Below, one piece after another: positions 51,569 through 63,600 of a DNA stretch of 64,000 nucleotides. Where the stretch lies: positions 2,144,001 to 2,208,000 of the forward strand of contig CM000207.1 in NCBI GenBank assembly GCA_000002445.1, read 5' to 3'. A model generated the notes under the pieces. That model was not told where the DNA came from and made no database searches. It worked only from the letters and a program-made list of their open reading frames with translations. The stretch's first letter is position 1. Each line of letters opens with the position of its first letter. Made by a program: the position numbers and the translations under genes. This DNA is from Trypanosoma brucei. Its lineage: Eukaryota.

Positions 51569-52000
51569 TTAGTCCATCTGCTGCATGGCCTTCTCAGCAG
51601 CGGTCACCTTTCCCTTTGATTTGTCGGTCTTCGTGCTGCGGTCCTTGCGCTCGAGGATTGCCTTCCGCCTGGTGTTGAGCTTCAGTTTCGTGATTTCCAC
51701 GTTGGAGGTGTGTACACCGACGGGAACGGTGGTGCCGTTCGCCTTCTCGCAACTCACCTTGTCAATGTGAATAACCCACTTGAGGCGGTAGCATGCGGTG
51801 ACTCTGCCCTCACGGCCCTTGAACTTCCCACGCTTAACACGCACCTCGTCGTCCTTGCGCACAGGCATCGAGCGCACGTTGTACTTGGCGCGTAGCTCCT
51901 TAGAGAGTGGGGCACTCATGAGGATGCGGCGGACATGACTGGGCGCTTGGAAGTGTGCGCGACGGGCCTTTCGGCGGTTCCTGCACTTGATGCCAACCAT
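51569..52000 (-). CDS. RPL26: 60S ribosomal protein L26 (uL24), 143 aa.
   Basis: ..[59 protein letters not shown].. matches the conserved L26 (KOW-domain) N-terminus. Confidence 0.95.
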   Translation of the reverse strand: MVGIKCRNRRKARRAHFQAPSHVRRILMSAPLSKELRAKYNVRSMPVRKDDEVRVKRGKFKGREGRVTACYRLKWVIHIDKVSCEKANGTTVPVGVHTSNVEITKLKLNTRRKAILERKDRSTKTDKSKGKVTAAEKAMQQMD

Positions 52001-53121
52001 AGCTCACACCTAGAAACACTTCGGTTACACAGTAGAGGGAGCCGTGAAATAATGTAAGAGGGAGTGGGAAACAGTTTGCTTCCTAGGAAATCACAGAGCA
52101 AAAACACCCACGAGTTTACACATCACAAACGCGAGTAAGGCAGTTCTATGACGTCGCAGAGAGACAACTCATCATTATGCTACAGACGGTAGGGCGGGTT
52201 TTTTGACCAGTTCAACGAGGGGAAGATGACAAAGGGCTCGCAAACGGGGAAGTGGGAGACAGGTGGCACCAGGGATCCCATCGACGTGACCGACGTGACA
52301 TGTGCCTCATGGAACAACGCCAGGAATTCCATTGGCAACCCACACATAAATGCACAGGGGTCTCTACATCCCTTCCCAGCCATCACGTAGCACACGACAG
52401 GAAGCGCCCCTCACCACGCGATAGTTAAAGGTCTCTACCACTAGGGGAGGGTCGGAGGCAAAGGGGTTTCCGACATTCTTGGGCTGTCATTGATGAGGGT
52501 TTATGACCTTCAGCCCAGATATGCCCACGAACCAACACCAACACACAGTGTCACGCAACGGTTCGGAACGAAACCATCCCTCAAACCCTTCTCCCGCAAT
52601 AGGTGTAGAAAGGTTGGCGACAACCGCATATTACAATTGCAATCTTCCCCTTCTTAGATACCCCGCACCTCCACAAAAGCAGATGTGCGGATGGACATAC
52701 ACACTGTTATGGGCAGGGAAATCACACGAACCCCCTCCCTAAATGGGAGTTCCCATGAGGCCTTGCACCAACGGCCTGCTTGTAAACAAGGGAGGTCTCA
52801 CGGGCCGTCGAAAAACAAAACGACAACAGCTATGCCCGCAAACATACGCACAAATACACACACGCAGTATATACGTATATGTGCATACTTTACAGGAGAA
52901 CGGAAAATGGATGAAGGGGAGAAAAACATTCGGAACAGCGTTCGATTGCGGCCACTGAAAGCAAAAAGAGGATGAGCAACAGAGCCGCTCCACATCCTAA
53001 GATGGTCCCTTCTTTCCCCTCCCTCTCACCCAGCCCCCCCCTCATTCCCTCCTCTTCTCCACTCCATATACCGCACTGCAACCTATTTTTTCCTTTTTTC
53101 CTTCTCTTGTGCATATCATTT

Positions 53122-54219
53122 TTAAGCAAAACCAGTGGACTGGTTCAGTCTATGGGCAACGAGAGAGGCATGGGTTTGAACAAATGTTTGCTCAAGCTCT
53201 GCCACAGGCTCCTTTAGAGAAACCTCCTCCCCTCTCAGTTCATTTATCTCCCTTCCCAACCTCTCCAGCTCCAGTGCCTGGGAATCAATGACACCCGCGC
53301 ACGCGGACACCTGCTCCCTCAGAATCTTCTTCTGATAACGCAACTGTTGTTCCGATTTCTCAGAACCCTCCAAAAGTCTCAAGAGCTCATTCACCCTTGC
53401 CTCTAAGCAGCGAACCTCCATGTCCTGTCCATTCCTGCTCGTAGCCCGGCGAGTGGCCGATGAATTGGACAAGGTGTCGCACGCAGATTTCGATGTTGAT
53501 TGGTCTTCAGCTGCCCTTGCGCTCCTAGAGCGATGTACCTTGAACATTTGATTTCCTGAGGCTTGCGAAAGTGGAGTTCGGTCAAGGCGCGCGAGCCTCG
53601 GCAGTGCCTCTAAAAGCATCGGAACGGCCTTGGGTTCGCACATGACAGGATTCCCCCTCAACTCAAGGTGACGCAGCCCCCGCATGCTCTTCAGATACGG
53701 CAATTCATTTGGGTCTTCAACGCGGTTAGAACTCAAATCAAGAGTATGAAGCTGCTGAAGACCAACGAATGGGCACATCGAATCGATCAAATTACCTTGG
53801 CACGACAACGTCGTCAGAAATTTTGGTAACTCACCAAGGTTAGGACTAGTGATAGTATTGAAACTGATATTCAATTCCTGCAACTTGGGGCTGGCTGCAG
53901 CCAACCCCCACAGACCTCGCAATGCGTTGTGCGACAAGTTCAGGCTCGTTAATGAGCTGGGAAGGAAAGCAACGTCGAACGTCTGAAGGGAATTGTTTGA
54001 CAGATTTAACACCGCCAAACCCGCCAACAAGTTCCCACCGATAAAGGTTGTAATGTTGTTGTGGGACAAATCCAACGTCCGTATAGCTAAGTGCCGCTGA
54101 TTTTTTGATGCACCCCCCTCGTAGAAAGCGCCATCAGACGCCCCGTGCAGCAGAGTCGAGGCGTCAAAACTCTGAATGCCCCGTCTAGTCAGTGTCAGTT
54201 CCATAGCTCCCCCCTCCAC
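53122..54219 (-). CDS. Leucine-rich repeat protein with a C-terminal coiled coil, 365 aa.
   Basis: Consecutive LxxLxLxxN repeats: LDLSHNNITTF, LNLSNNSLQTF, LNLSHNALRGL, LNISFNTITS and LDLSSNRVED. C-terminal heptad region EARVNELLRLLEGSEKSEQQLRYQKKILREQ. Confidence 0.8.
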   Translation of the reverse strand: MEGGAMELTLTRRGIQSFDASTLLHGASDGAFYEGGASKNQRHLAIRTLDLSHNNITTFIGGNLLAGLAVLNLSNNSLQTFDVAFLPSSLTSLNLSHNALRGLWGLAAASPKLQELNISFNTITSPNLGELPKFLTTLSCQGNLIDSMCPFVGLQQLHTLDLSSNRVEDPNELPYLKSMRGLRHLELRGNPVMCEPKAVPMLLEALPRLARLDRTPLSQASGNQMFKVHRSRSARAAEDQSTSKSACDTLSNSSATRRATSRNGQDMEVRCLEARVNELLRLLEGSEKSEQQLRYQKKILREQVSACAGVIDSQALELERLGREINELRGEEVSLKEPVAELEQTFVQTHASLVAHRLNQSTGFA

Positions 54220-54641
54220 GCAACTGAACGTGATACGCCGCCACTCTACGGTGCGGTAGATGCGCTGAGGTCACAAAGCCGTGCCCTCGTGGTTTAAGGG
54301 CCCTACAAGCGACTTATTATGTTAATAAGGTATGGTTTTTATGCCAGCACAAAGAAGAAAACAGAGAATACCCATAATGAAGGTGGTACTCAGCATATGT
54401 GGCAAATGTCCTCACAGTGGGTTTCATAACCTTTTGCCCACTCCAATCACTCGCATCTTTTCCTGCCTTAGACAGGGAACCGTCACTGCAAGCTGTCTCT
54501 CCTTACTCATTTTTCTGCGTTACTGTTGCTAAAGTTTAATTTTTAACCGTTTATTAAACAAAACACTAGGGAGTTCCTCCTCAAGACAAGCAACGAGACA
54601 AGGAGGAACGGTAAAAGTGGCGGAAGGCATGGTACTGGCCT

Positions 54642-55730
54642 CTATCCACTCTTCTTCCAGACATTCACCATGTTACTTCCCACACATGTAATGAGAGTTG
54701 TGGGAGGCAAGTCCTTCCCAACTGAGGACCACTCCTGCTTTGTTGCGCACGACACCCCGAAGTACATCTCCAATAACATCACCGCAGAAACCAAACCACA
54801 CGTAAATTGGCCAAACCGAACCGTGGACACTTCGTCTGGGCTGAGCCCCATGAGAAGCAGTACCAGCATTTGGTGGTGGGCATCAACGCATCCACACTCA
54901 AATACTTGGTCTAACAACAACTCGGCGGCGCGCTTCCCAACATCTTCAGGAAGCTCTTTAGGCGCCGCGGTGGACTCCTGTGAGATGACACACTGTTTGC
55001 TGGTCGTCTCTGCAACAAGAACGACCCCGTAGCCACTGGATCGGTCCCCGTACGACCCCTTACTGTTGTCCATATCCGTCACAACATAGACGTCAGGGAG
55101 CAGATTCAATAGAACACCCTTAGCAGCTGTGGCCGCTCGTTGAACAAGGTCCGCTGCCACACGTGCACCAAACGAAATTCCACGAATGCGTCGGACCCGT
55201 CCCCTCACCACGGCCTCCGCTGCTGTTAGACGCCTCACAGCTTTGCATTGCACTTCGATAGCACCACCACCACCTGGATATACCCCACGGCGTATAATCC
55301 GCACGCTGCAGTCTACGCCAAAGAGCTGTAACCAACGTGTGGTTACAGTCCGCAAGGTATCGACCGAAAGGTCCTCTTCACTTTGCGTTGACCCGACAAG
55401 AGTAAGTCGCGTGTCAAACTTCGCAAATGGAAGAAGAAGCAAAGCGGCTTCAGCAATGTAAGTTACGCATCGGCAGCTCGGGACTTCATGCGAAAAAGTA
55501 CCGCCAAGTATCATACCGGGGTAGAACGTCAGCGCAGTGTTACTGTCCGTACATTCAAACTTCGAGCCACTCGTCACACGGTCAATGAACTTGAGGAAGT
55601 TCGCCTCAGCCAACTGGATACCCTGGGGTTCGTCATCGTCGTGAATGCCCAAAATTCGGATTGGTTTGCTAGTGAGTATGCTGCACACAATATGATGACG
55701 AAAGAGGCTGCTTCCCTCGAACGTTAGCAT
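54642..55730 (-). CDS. RCL1: RNA 3'-terminal phosphate cyclase-like protein (RCL1, involved in 18S rRNA processing), 362 aa.
   Basis: Collinear with human RCL1: LFRHHIVCSILTSKPIRI aligns to LRQRLVLSTLSGRPVKI, IRRGVYPGGGGAIEV to VRRGMPPGGGGEVVF, RRIRGISFGARV to KRIRGMAYSVRV, VVLVAETTS to LSLVAETTS, and CGCVDAHHQMLVLLLM to GGCVDSTNQSLALLLM. Confidence 0.9.
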   Translation of the reverse strand: MLTFEGSSLFRHHIVCSILTSKPIRILGIHDDDEPQGIQLAEANFLKFIDRVTSGSKFECTDSNTALTFYPGMILGGTFSHEVPSCRCVTYIAEAALLLLPFAKFDTRLTLVGSTQSEEDLSVDTLRTVTTRWLQLFGVDCSVRIIRRGVYPGGGGAIEVQCKAVRRLTAAEAVVRGRVRRIRGISFGARVAADLVQRAATAAKGVLLNLLPDVYVVTDMDNSKGSYGDRSSGYGVVLVAETTSKQCVISQESTAAPKELPEDVGKRAAELLLDQVFECGCVDAHHQMLVLLLMGLSPDEVSTVRFGQFTCGLVSAVMLLEMYFGVSCATKQEWSSVGKDLPPTTLITCVGSNMVNVWKKSG

Positions 55731-56140
55731 CCCTCCAACAAGTCTTTGTTTAGCATTTAACAGGAAAAAGCGAAGATAAGTAGTAAAAGGCAGGAAAACA
55801 AAGAAAGAGAGGGACGTATTTCAACACAGCAATATATATGCCTTGGAGACGGGGTAGCCGTTTATTCGCCAACTCCTCCGTAGGGCCGAGAAGTCATGGA
55901 AAGCCAATTAACGATAAAGGAAAGAGGCAAAATAGAGCACACCACGCAGACCTGTGTACAAAACGAGACGATTTCCCTTATGCGTCCGCTCCACCAACCT
56001 CACACCGCAGCCAACCTTGTAAATACTACTCTGTTTGATGCCTTGCATGTCAGCACCTCTTAGTATTGCGATCTCACCCAACAACTCTCCGGAAGGTCAT
56101 ATGGGCGGCTCTACCCTTTTGTGGAAGTGAAAGAATTCTA

Positions 56141-57295
56141 CTACAAGAACCTCCACCAAGGCGTTGGGGGATTTGAACCACTATTAAAAGACCCCGCCTC
56201 CCTAGCCTCCTCAGCACTAGCGCCTTTGTCAGAGCTCTCCAGGAAATTGTAGGAAATTTTCCTGCCAAATTTCTCCTCATCGTATCCGTGGGATATGCTC
56301 TTATACAGCTTCCACGGCATAGGGACGATATGGGACTTAGCCAGTGTGCACAGTTCTCCGCATTCCACGACGATGAACTCCTTTTTCGGCGAATTACCGT
56401 GTTTGGAGCCTGCGGAGTTAATGCGCTCGATAACGTCGAAACCTCCAATGACCAAAGCGAATATTTGAGGAGCGTAGTCTCCCGCGGAAACGTGGATGGC
56501 AAAGTTTGGACTCTCCTTGTTTGTCCCATATGCGATGGACGACAGCGCCCCACGCCACGACCCCGTACCCAAGTATTCTGTTGGTAAATAGTGGGGGCTG
56601 AAGCCAGGTACATCGTGAGTCATCTCCCTGCCGTCACCAAATATGAGGCAATGCCGTGGGACAATGGCGCTCAGTTGCATACCCCGAAAGGATTCGCCGT
56701 TCCCTCCACTTCCCGTGCAGCGGCGATGAAAGTACTCACAGTAGTGGGGACAGTTCTCGTTAAGCAACCCAATCACTATTCGACCAATGTCCATCCCATT
56801 CTCGGTAATATCAAAGTAGACTACGCTGCCTATTCGTAAGTCAGCTGGCATATGGTCCACGCCACGCAACATACGTTCGCTGGAAAGTTGCGTCCGATAA
56901 AATACGTAAAAAATGATAAGCAACAGAAAGAATATACCTAGGCGAATCACCGTCATGATAATGGCGTACTGCCGCGCATGCTCCTCACACCAAGCCATCA
57001 TTACAAGTTCGAGGTCAGTCAGGACGCGTCGCGGAAGGGGAACCTCCTCTATAAGAGTTAGCGGTAATCTCTTCACGCGCGTCACTGCGTTACCACCGTC
57101 GTCGTGTATGACAATGGGGCCAACCCCCGCCGACCGGTCACCACAGCCGCTCCCCTGCAGCCACCGAGCCGAACCACAGATGCGCGCTCGCTGATGCTGA
57201 AGGGGTAATTTGACTACCACAACTCGGCCCAGAGTCGTGCCGTGTAGGGCCCTCACAGGCCCTATGTGTGGCACCCGTCGAACGAGCGCGCTCAT
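56141..57295 (-). CDS. Cyclophilin-type peptidyl-prolyl isomerase-like protein with an N-terminal presequence-like region and a transmembrane anchor, 384 aa. The catalytic site appears divergent.
   Basis: The cyclophilin fold is recognisable: VYFDITENGMDIGRIVIGLLNENCP aligns to [25 protein letters not shown], and NFAIHVSAGDYAPQIFALVIGGFDVIERINSAGSKHGNSPKKEFIVVECGEL aligns to [54 protein letters not shown]. Hydrophobic segment IIMTVIRLGIFFLLLIIFYVF. By eye the Arg55, Trp121 and His126 equivalents are not conserved. Confidence 0.85.
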   Translation of the reverse strand: MSALVRRVPHIGPVRALHGTTLGRVVVVKLPLQHQRARICGSARWLQGSGCGDRSAGVGPIVIHDDGGNAVTRVKRLPLTLIEEVPLPRRVLTDLELVMMAWCEEHARQYAIIMTVIRLGIFFLLLIIFYVFYRTQLSSERMLRGVDHMPADLRIGSVVYFDITENGMDIGRIVIGLLNENCPHYCEYFHRRCTGSGGNGESFRGMQLSAIVPRHCLIFGDGREMTHDVPGFSPHYLPTEYLGTGSWRGALSSIAYGTNKESPNFAIHVSAGDYAPQIFALVIGGFDVIERINSAGSKHGNSPKKEFIVVECGELCTLAKSHIVPMPWKLYKSISHGYDEEKFGRKISYNFLESSDKGASAEEAREAGSFNSGSNPPTPWWRFL

Positions 57296-58141
57296 GGGGA
57301 ACTAATTAGTTACGATTACCGTTGTTACGCTTCTACGTAATGACTTCTTTTTCACTGATACGAGACGAAAAAATCTTGTTGCGAAGCTGGACACCCTCCG
57401 TAAATAGGTTGGCAGCTTACCAACGCCCTCAAACTCGTTTACCCGACCTGACCGCCACAGGTTCAGACTCGAGAGTGATGCTAAGATAGGTAAATTGGCA
57501 GAGAACAAACGAAATGAAGATTTTATCCCCTAATGAAGGTAACGTGACGTGAAGATCAGTGAAACGCGGATGCCACCAGGCTTCCCCCCTTCCCCCAACC
57601 CCTCCACAGATGCATCCGTGCCGACACTAGGGGAAGACATGAAAATAAAAGTAGGGGAGCGACAATCACGGCATGTGAAACATCGCAGGATTATGCAAAA
57701 AAAAAAACACTCGAGAGAGCGAGGAAGTTGCCTCGTTGGAAAACAGTGAGAAAGTGAAATATCTCAACACCTGAACACACAACAAGTTCGATGTTTGTCG
57801 CACCGCAACCGCAACTGCCGCGCGGTCCCTTCCGTATTTCTTATTACACTTCACCGCAAGTGCATTCCTTCAATTCCTTCGCCTCCATATACACAGAGAA
57901 AGGTGAATAAAGAAAAATATAGCCCACAACTCCGTTATCTGGTTTCTCAACGGACAAGGGGAAAAAAAAGAATTCGACACACCTGCTCAATACCTACGCG
58001 GTTGTACGTCGAATGCTATATCTCCACCGACTTAACATTTCGCCGCTCTCTCATAGCTTAGGTGCTTACACTCTGTTCTCTTTCGCCCCCCCCCCTTTAT
58101 TGCAGCTTGGGCAATTTCCTTCCCACATCCACAGCAAAATC

Positions 58142-59191
58142 CTACTCCGTGACAACATTCCCTCTTTTCTTCTCCCTGATTCTAGCCGTGCACTCAGCCC
58201 TCACAGGATCAAAGTACGGATGGTCCATTGCCTCTAACGCCTGGACGCGCTTGACATGATCGTACTGAAGCAGTTGATCGAGGAAATCCAACGCTTCTTT
58301 CGGACACAGATGTTGATTCTCTTGCGTAACGAACATCGTCCAAGGCTTCTTACCATGTCGCCCAACCGCAGTTTCCAGGTGCTGGGGAAGTGTTAGGTTG
58401 TACTTGTGGAGGTACTCAAACAGCTCATCGGTTCCTAACACTTTGGCGATACGGACCAGTTGATCATTGTTGTCCTTTCCATGAAAGAAAGGCTCCCTCA
58501 TGAATATCATGCCAGCAAGCATGCAGCCAAGAGACCACATATCAAGCCGGTAGTCGTACATTGGCAGCTCCACTAAGAGCTCGGGGCCTTTGAAGTAACG
58601 AGACGCCACTCTGGCATTGTACGGCGTGAGAGGATGGAAGAACTCAGCCAAACCCCAGTCAATGAGAATCAGGTCCCGCTTTTTATGATCGATTGCAATG
58701 TTGTTAGGTTTCACATCACGATGCATTATTCCCATTGAGTGGGCATACTCTAGCGCTTGAAGAACACCAAATATGTAGTAGCGCACGTCATAATCAGAAA
58801 ATGTGGGGAATACCGTTCGAAAGTCAGAGGCCTCAACGTACTCAAATATAAATGAAGGTGTTTTGCTGCAGGGATCTCTCACTACATCGTAGAGCTCAAC
58901 AATGTTGGGGCCCCCTTGCAAGTTTTGAAGCACCTTCAGCTCTCGGAGTATTTTCTTCTTCTTCACGGGTTTAAGCACCTTAATCACCACCTGACGTCGA
59001 ACCTTCGTATCCCAACCTAGGAACACGTCACTGTACTTCCCCCGTCCAATTTTCTCGATGATCTCGTAGCGCTCAGGTGAGCTCCACTGTATGCGGGCTG
59101 ACTCATAGTCCCAATACTCACGGGGTTTTTCAACGTTGGCACGAGCGTACCGATGCGCACCGTCTGTGTTAGGTTGCGAAGAGACGGACAT
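58142..59191 (-). CDS. CK2A1: Casein kinase II catalytic subunit alpha, 349 aa. Start moved to MSVSSQP.
   Basis: GRGKYSDVF glycine loop, basic cluster [12 protein letters not shown], catalytic loop [26 protein letters not shown] (the CK2-specific DWG), and GPELLV. All are CK2-alpha hallmarks. The 18 residues upstream in the ORF ([18 protein letters not shown]) are encoded by the polyY tract. Confidence 0.95.
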   Translation of the reverse strand: MSVSSQPNTDGAHRYARANVEKPREYWDYESARIQWSSPERYEIIEKIGRGKYSDVFLGWDTKVRRQVVIKVLKPVKKKKILRELKVLQNLQGGPNIVELYDVVRDPCSKTPSFIFEYVEASDFRTVFPTFSDYDVRYYIFGVLQALEYAHSMGIMHRDVKPNNIAIDHKKRDLILIDWGLAEFFHPLTPYNARVASRYFKGPELLVELPMYDYRLDMWSLGCMLAGMIFMREPFFHGKDNNDQLVRIAKVLGTDELFEYLHKYNLTLPQHLETAVGRHGKKPWTMFVTQENQHLCPKEALDFLDQLLQYDHVKRVQALEAMDHPYFDPVRAECTARIREKKRGNVVTE

Positions 59192-59634
59192 TTTTATCAG
59201 CCAATAGCCTTTAGCACCACGAAAAAAAAAAAGAATGAGCGACAAAGCACTTCAAAAATGAGAATAATGATAAGGATCCCCCATGACACGAAAGAGGCTA
59301 ATGAGAGTTTCAAACCAGCCCTCCTCCTGGCTTTTCTCCTTCGATTCATTTTCTCAATATTATTATCCCCTCCTCCAGCACAAGAGCAGCAGTTCTCTTT
59401 TCTCCAAAAGGAGCTTGCTGCAATCCATGACTTGGAAAAAAAAACTACTGTTCAGAGAAACCGCACTCTCTGATGCACAATACGCAGGAGAGACGGTACT
59501 AAATACAGTTGACTGGATGGCAATTCGGCGGTCACTTTCTCAATTTTTCACACTACGATGGTAATAGAAAAAGGTTGGGAAACGACCCCTGTATCGCCAT
59601 CCAATCAGTTGCACTTAACGCTTTGGTTACGTGA

Positions 59635-60291
59635 TTACCCCATATGTTCCACGGTTAGAGGCAACAGAGGTAATCGAGGTACAGCCTCCATACTCATTAG
59701 TCGTGAAACGGTATTCTGGGTCATCTCGAGGCTTTCGGCACCACCACCTAGAGCTAGAAGGTCACACCATATCGGGTCATTTTCATCAATGACCACCACA
59801 TCCTGTGGCTCTCTTGCACACAGCAACGCCGGAATCACCTCATGTCCCTCAACGCTTCCTTCAGCTGCGGGAAGCTCGCCAATGTAAGTGTCAACACTCT
59901 GCAAAAATACACCGGAAGCGAAGAACTGTGGCGTAACTCCCCCAAGATTAGAGGAGGAAATTGTGGTAGATCGTGTTAGGCCTCCACACGTTGACACTGC
60001 CGACGGCATCCCATCCCGACTGTACAGATTCCCAAACTCAGTTGAATTTCTCCACGTGCTGCTGTTTTGAGTTGAAGACACTCTGCCATCTGTACGCGAC
60101 CTCCCGACAGTCACCGGTGCTTTCCCCCTCAACCTGCAGTCGTCCCGACATGAGCCTGTTAAGACGACGCGCCGAGAGCATGGGTCGGCCACCAGATTTG
60201 GGGACGATGGGTGATCGTTTGTGTCACTGGTACGACTCGACTGAGACAAGGGTTGCATTTCCAGTGGTATGGACTGTCCTCCCCTGAACAT
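59635..60291 (-). CDS. Hypothetical Ser/Thr-rich protein, 218 aa.
   Basis: Minus-strand ORF between CK2A and the USP gene. No motif recognised. Low-complexity Ser/Thr-rich composition. Confidence 0.4.
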   Translation of the reverse strand: MFRGGQSIPLEMQPLSQSSRTSDTNDHPSSPNLVADPCSRRVVLTGSCRDDCRLRGKAPVTVGRSRTDGRVSSTQNSSTWRNSTEFGNLYSRDGMPSAVSTCGGLTRSTTISSSNLGGVTPQFFASGVFLQSVDTYIGELPAAEGSVEGHEVIPALLCAREPQDVVVIDENDPIWCDLLALGGGAESLEMTQNTVSRLMSMEAVPRLPLLPLTVEHMG

Positions 60292-60631
60292 TGACAGTTA
60301 TTTTTTAAAAAAATGATGAGGAAAGGGACAACGGGACTAGAAAGCCCTCGGTCTTATTTTAACTCGTTGCACCGCCGAATGCAATAGTGCTACAGAATAC
60401 ACTATCAGTTAACCCACAGATGATCCCCCAGCTACAACTGCTACAAGCAAAACAAAAAAGGAAAGGAAAAAAGTAATATTAAAGACACGGGACAGGTAGA
60501 AAGCAATTGTGATAAGCATCACTGATACATAGAGCACGTCATATATGATATAGCAAATGACTTTCTGCCAGCACGCTCGAACCGAGAGCAACACAAAGCG
60601 TAACCATGCACTGTCACCCGAAAGAGTCGCT

Positions 60632-63600
60632 TTAATTGTGGATAACAACCTTATCCTCTTTCCTTGCACATCTTTTCGATAACGGAGCGTGTTCCAAGCC
60701 GAGGAAGGCCATCTTCGTAGGGGGTTGTTTGTTGGGCTGGTAATGATGTTCGTCACAAAAATCGAATAGCTGTTTTCCCATCGCGACAGTGGGCAGCACC
60801 TCTAGAACACGATCTTCCTTGACAAGAGCCATCTTCCAGTCAACCACTGCAGCTTCACTTAAACCTAGCTTCATCGCTATACGCTGAAGGAGTGATGGTG
60901 CCATCTCGTCATGACCAATGTAGATACTGAAAGGATTGCCATGCGTGTCAACAGGGTTCGCACGATTACGTAGCAGTGTAAAGTGATGTACTTGGATAAT
61001 GGACTGATTTTGGGGGGGAACACCATCTATGGGTTTAGGCAACTCCTCAATGCGATATTCCGCACTCTCCTCAAATGTGGAGCGATTAAATGTTTGTGCA
61101 TGATCCTTATCAAAAACATTGTAAATCCTCCCACACCACACGTCCACCAACCGGAGGGTTCGCCACGCCTCCTGTGGGTCCAGGCTTGCGTAGTAGTTTA
61201 ATTCAGATTGAGTCATCTCCCCAGTCTGGGGCTCCTTCTCCCTGTCACTCCTCACAGACTGAGAAACGGCTAGTGAGTTAACGGACTCGGTGGCCCTCAC
61301 ATCACTGATCTCTTTCACGCATTGGCCGAAAAGCGCTTTTGGTGTAATTTGCTCTTCACGTGGCATCAACACCCAGTATTCACCGATGGGTCTTACACAA
61401 CTGCCAAACAGCTTGAACTGAAGCGAATGAGCCGCCTCAATTTCCGTTACCGTGTACTTACAGTACTCGTAGTAAAGAATTTTCGAGAGTGGTATAGAAC
61501 GTTGAACAGGAGGGGAAAGCAACCTCGTGAGATTCGAGCGATCACTTCGGCGCCCCTTCATGAAATACGGCAATCGAGTTTCTGGATTATACATCGTAAA
61601 ACGAACACGATCATAATTGTCTGATTGACCAATCAGTCGAGCAACATATCGCTGGAGCTGTTCATACGTCATGTCATCTGCCAACTGCGCATCAACAAGA
61701 GTAGGGTACGAGGGGGGTGAATTTAGCTTGATCTCCACGGGGATACGACGCCTGAGAAAATGCTGAAAACTAACAATATCGGAATAAAATATATTACGCG
61801 CATCGACCCCCGGTGTCTCCTCCTGCCAAATAAGTGTGTCACCGGACTGTAGGTACTGCTGAGAAGATAAAAATTTCCCCTGTTCATCTTCGATGAGTAC
61901 GGTTAATTTATTCACGGATTTGTTAATGTCCCTGTCGTAGCCAGAACCACCAAGCGACAAGGGAAGAAAGGGAGCCACCGTCGGTGTCCTGACTTCTTCA
62001 ACGCTCTTCAAACATACGCCAGTCAAGTGATGATCACGCGTTTTGGCCACGTCGTCTGCAATCCCCGCTATGGCGCTCCGTACAAAGGATTCCATCTTTT
62101 CGAAAACGTCTGAAAATTCAACCCTCTTCTTGCGGGATATCACTGTGCAACCAACAAAGTGAACCTTCAGCTGCATAGGAGTGTAAACTTTGTGGTGAAT
62201 TAAGTCATGTTCCAGCTCTTCATCTCCATCTACCTCGATGCAATGCGCATTAGCTGCGTTAACAACGAGAACACAACATTCCTTATCCCCACCTAATACG
62301 TCAGACACGGCAAGTCTCCCTGAAACACGCCGATGCAAAGAAAAGCGATTGCGTACACCTTTCGATGCTACGTACCACAGAGTTTGCTCGGAACTGCGGA
62401 CCCCCAGCTTATCATCAACAAATGAGTTAAACGCTGGAAGGGCCTCGGAACTCAGAAGCACCCTAAGGGTTCTTTGGGACGGAAATTGCGCCCCAGCAGG
62501 TCGTCGGCAGGAAAGAAACTCATTTTTAGCCACAATATCATGGGGTTCTATAAAGTGGATGCGACCGTACAAATGGTCCTCAGCCTTCTCCCTGAGTCTT
62601 TTTTCACGCTCTTCGCGCTCTCTCTCCAACTGCTGTGCAACGTGCAACGGAACATCCTTCAACTCGACAGGCCGCAACATCTGCTTTAACTGAGACGTTC
62701 GGATGTATACCAACATGTAAGCGTTGGCTATGCTCGGAACCTGAGAACCCCAGTAGTTTATTCTTGATCCTCCAAAGTTTGTTTCGAAAACATCCCGAAG
62801 TGACGCCTGACTCACAACACCATCATTGAACCTGTACCACGCATCTGAGCACCATATAAAGCAAAAATAGTGCCCAAACCCAGCATTGGAGCCCGAATGA
62901 ACTAGCACGCTACAAAGGGTGTAGTGAACTTCATCCAACGAGGCGTGAGGCACGTACTTAGACAGGTCCAGTGTGTGGTAATAAACCCAACGACTCAGAA
63001 CCTTCGTCTCACCTTTTTGCGGATCGTAATCGAATCGTGTCAAATGAAGAATTAGAATCGGTGGGGTAAGCTTCAGACGAACACCCTTTTCTGCACAGTG
63101 GTAAGTCTTTTGGCCGTCGTGTTCGAGGCAATATTTGTTCTTTCCATCAAGGACCTCCACTTGGAAAAATTTATCCAAACTAGCGTATATATCTGTCGTA
63201 TTCTTCACAACCAACTGTATATCGTAAAAAAGTTGCTCCTTTGCCCCATAGTAACCCACTTCACCGACACGAACAAAACTTTCTAAGATTCCAACAAATA
63301 ATCGACTAATGGCATTGCTTGCAATCTCTTCCACCGTAAAACCATTATCTGACTTTCGCACTCCTCCTAACTTGTTTTCCAACTTATCAAGCAGTTCACA
63401 TGTCAATTCGTGAACGTCATGCTGGACAAAACTGTCGCTTGAACTCCATCCAAAAGACTCGGTAAGCTCAGTAGTATCAGCAGCCTCACTCCCCGTTTGG
63501 AGATGGCAGAACAACCTCTGTAATGCATACGGAATAGACTTCGTTGCCTTAATATTTACATCGTTTTTCTCCTCAGCTTCTTCTGCTGTAGGTATTTGAT

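Noticed and set aside
56074-56613. 179-aa minus-strand ORF overlapping the cyclophilin gene in another frame. Similar alternate-frame ORFs lie inside the Rieske, metacaspase and 1708-aa genes.
   Set aside because: The overlapping frame carrying recognisable domains is clearly the real one. The alternate-frame ORFs are a GC-rich coding-region by-product.
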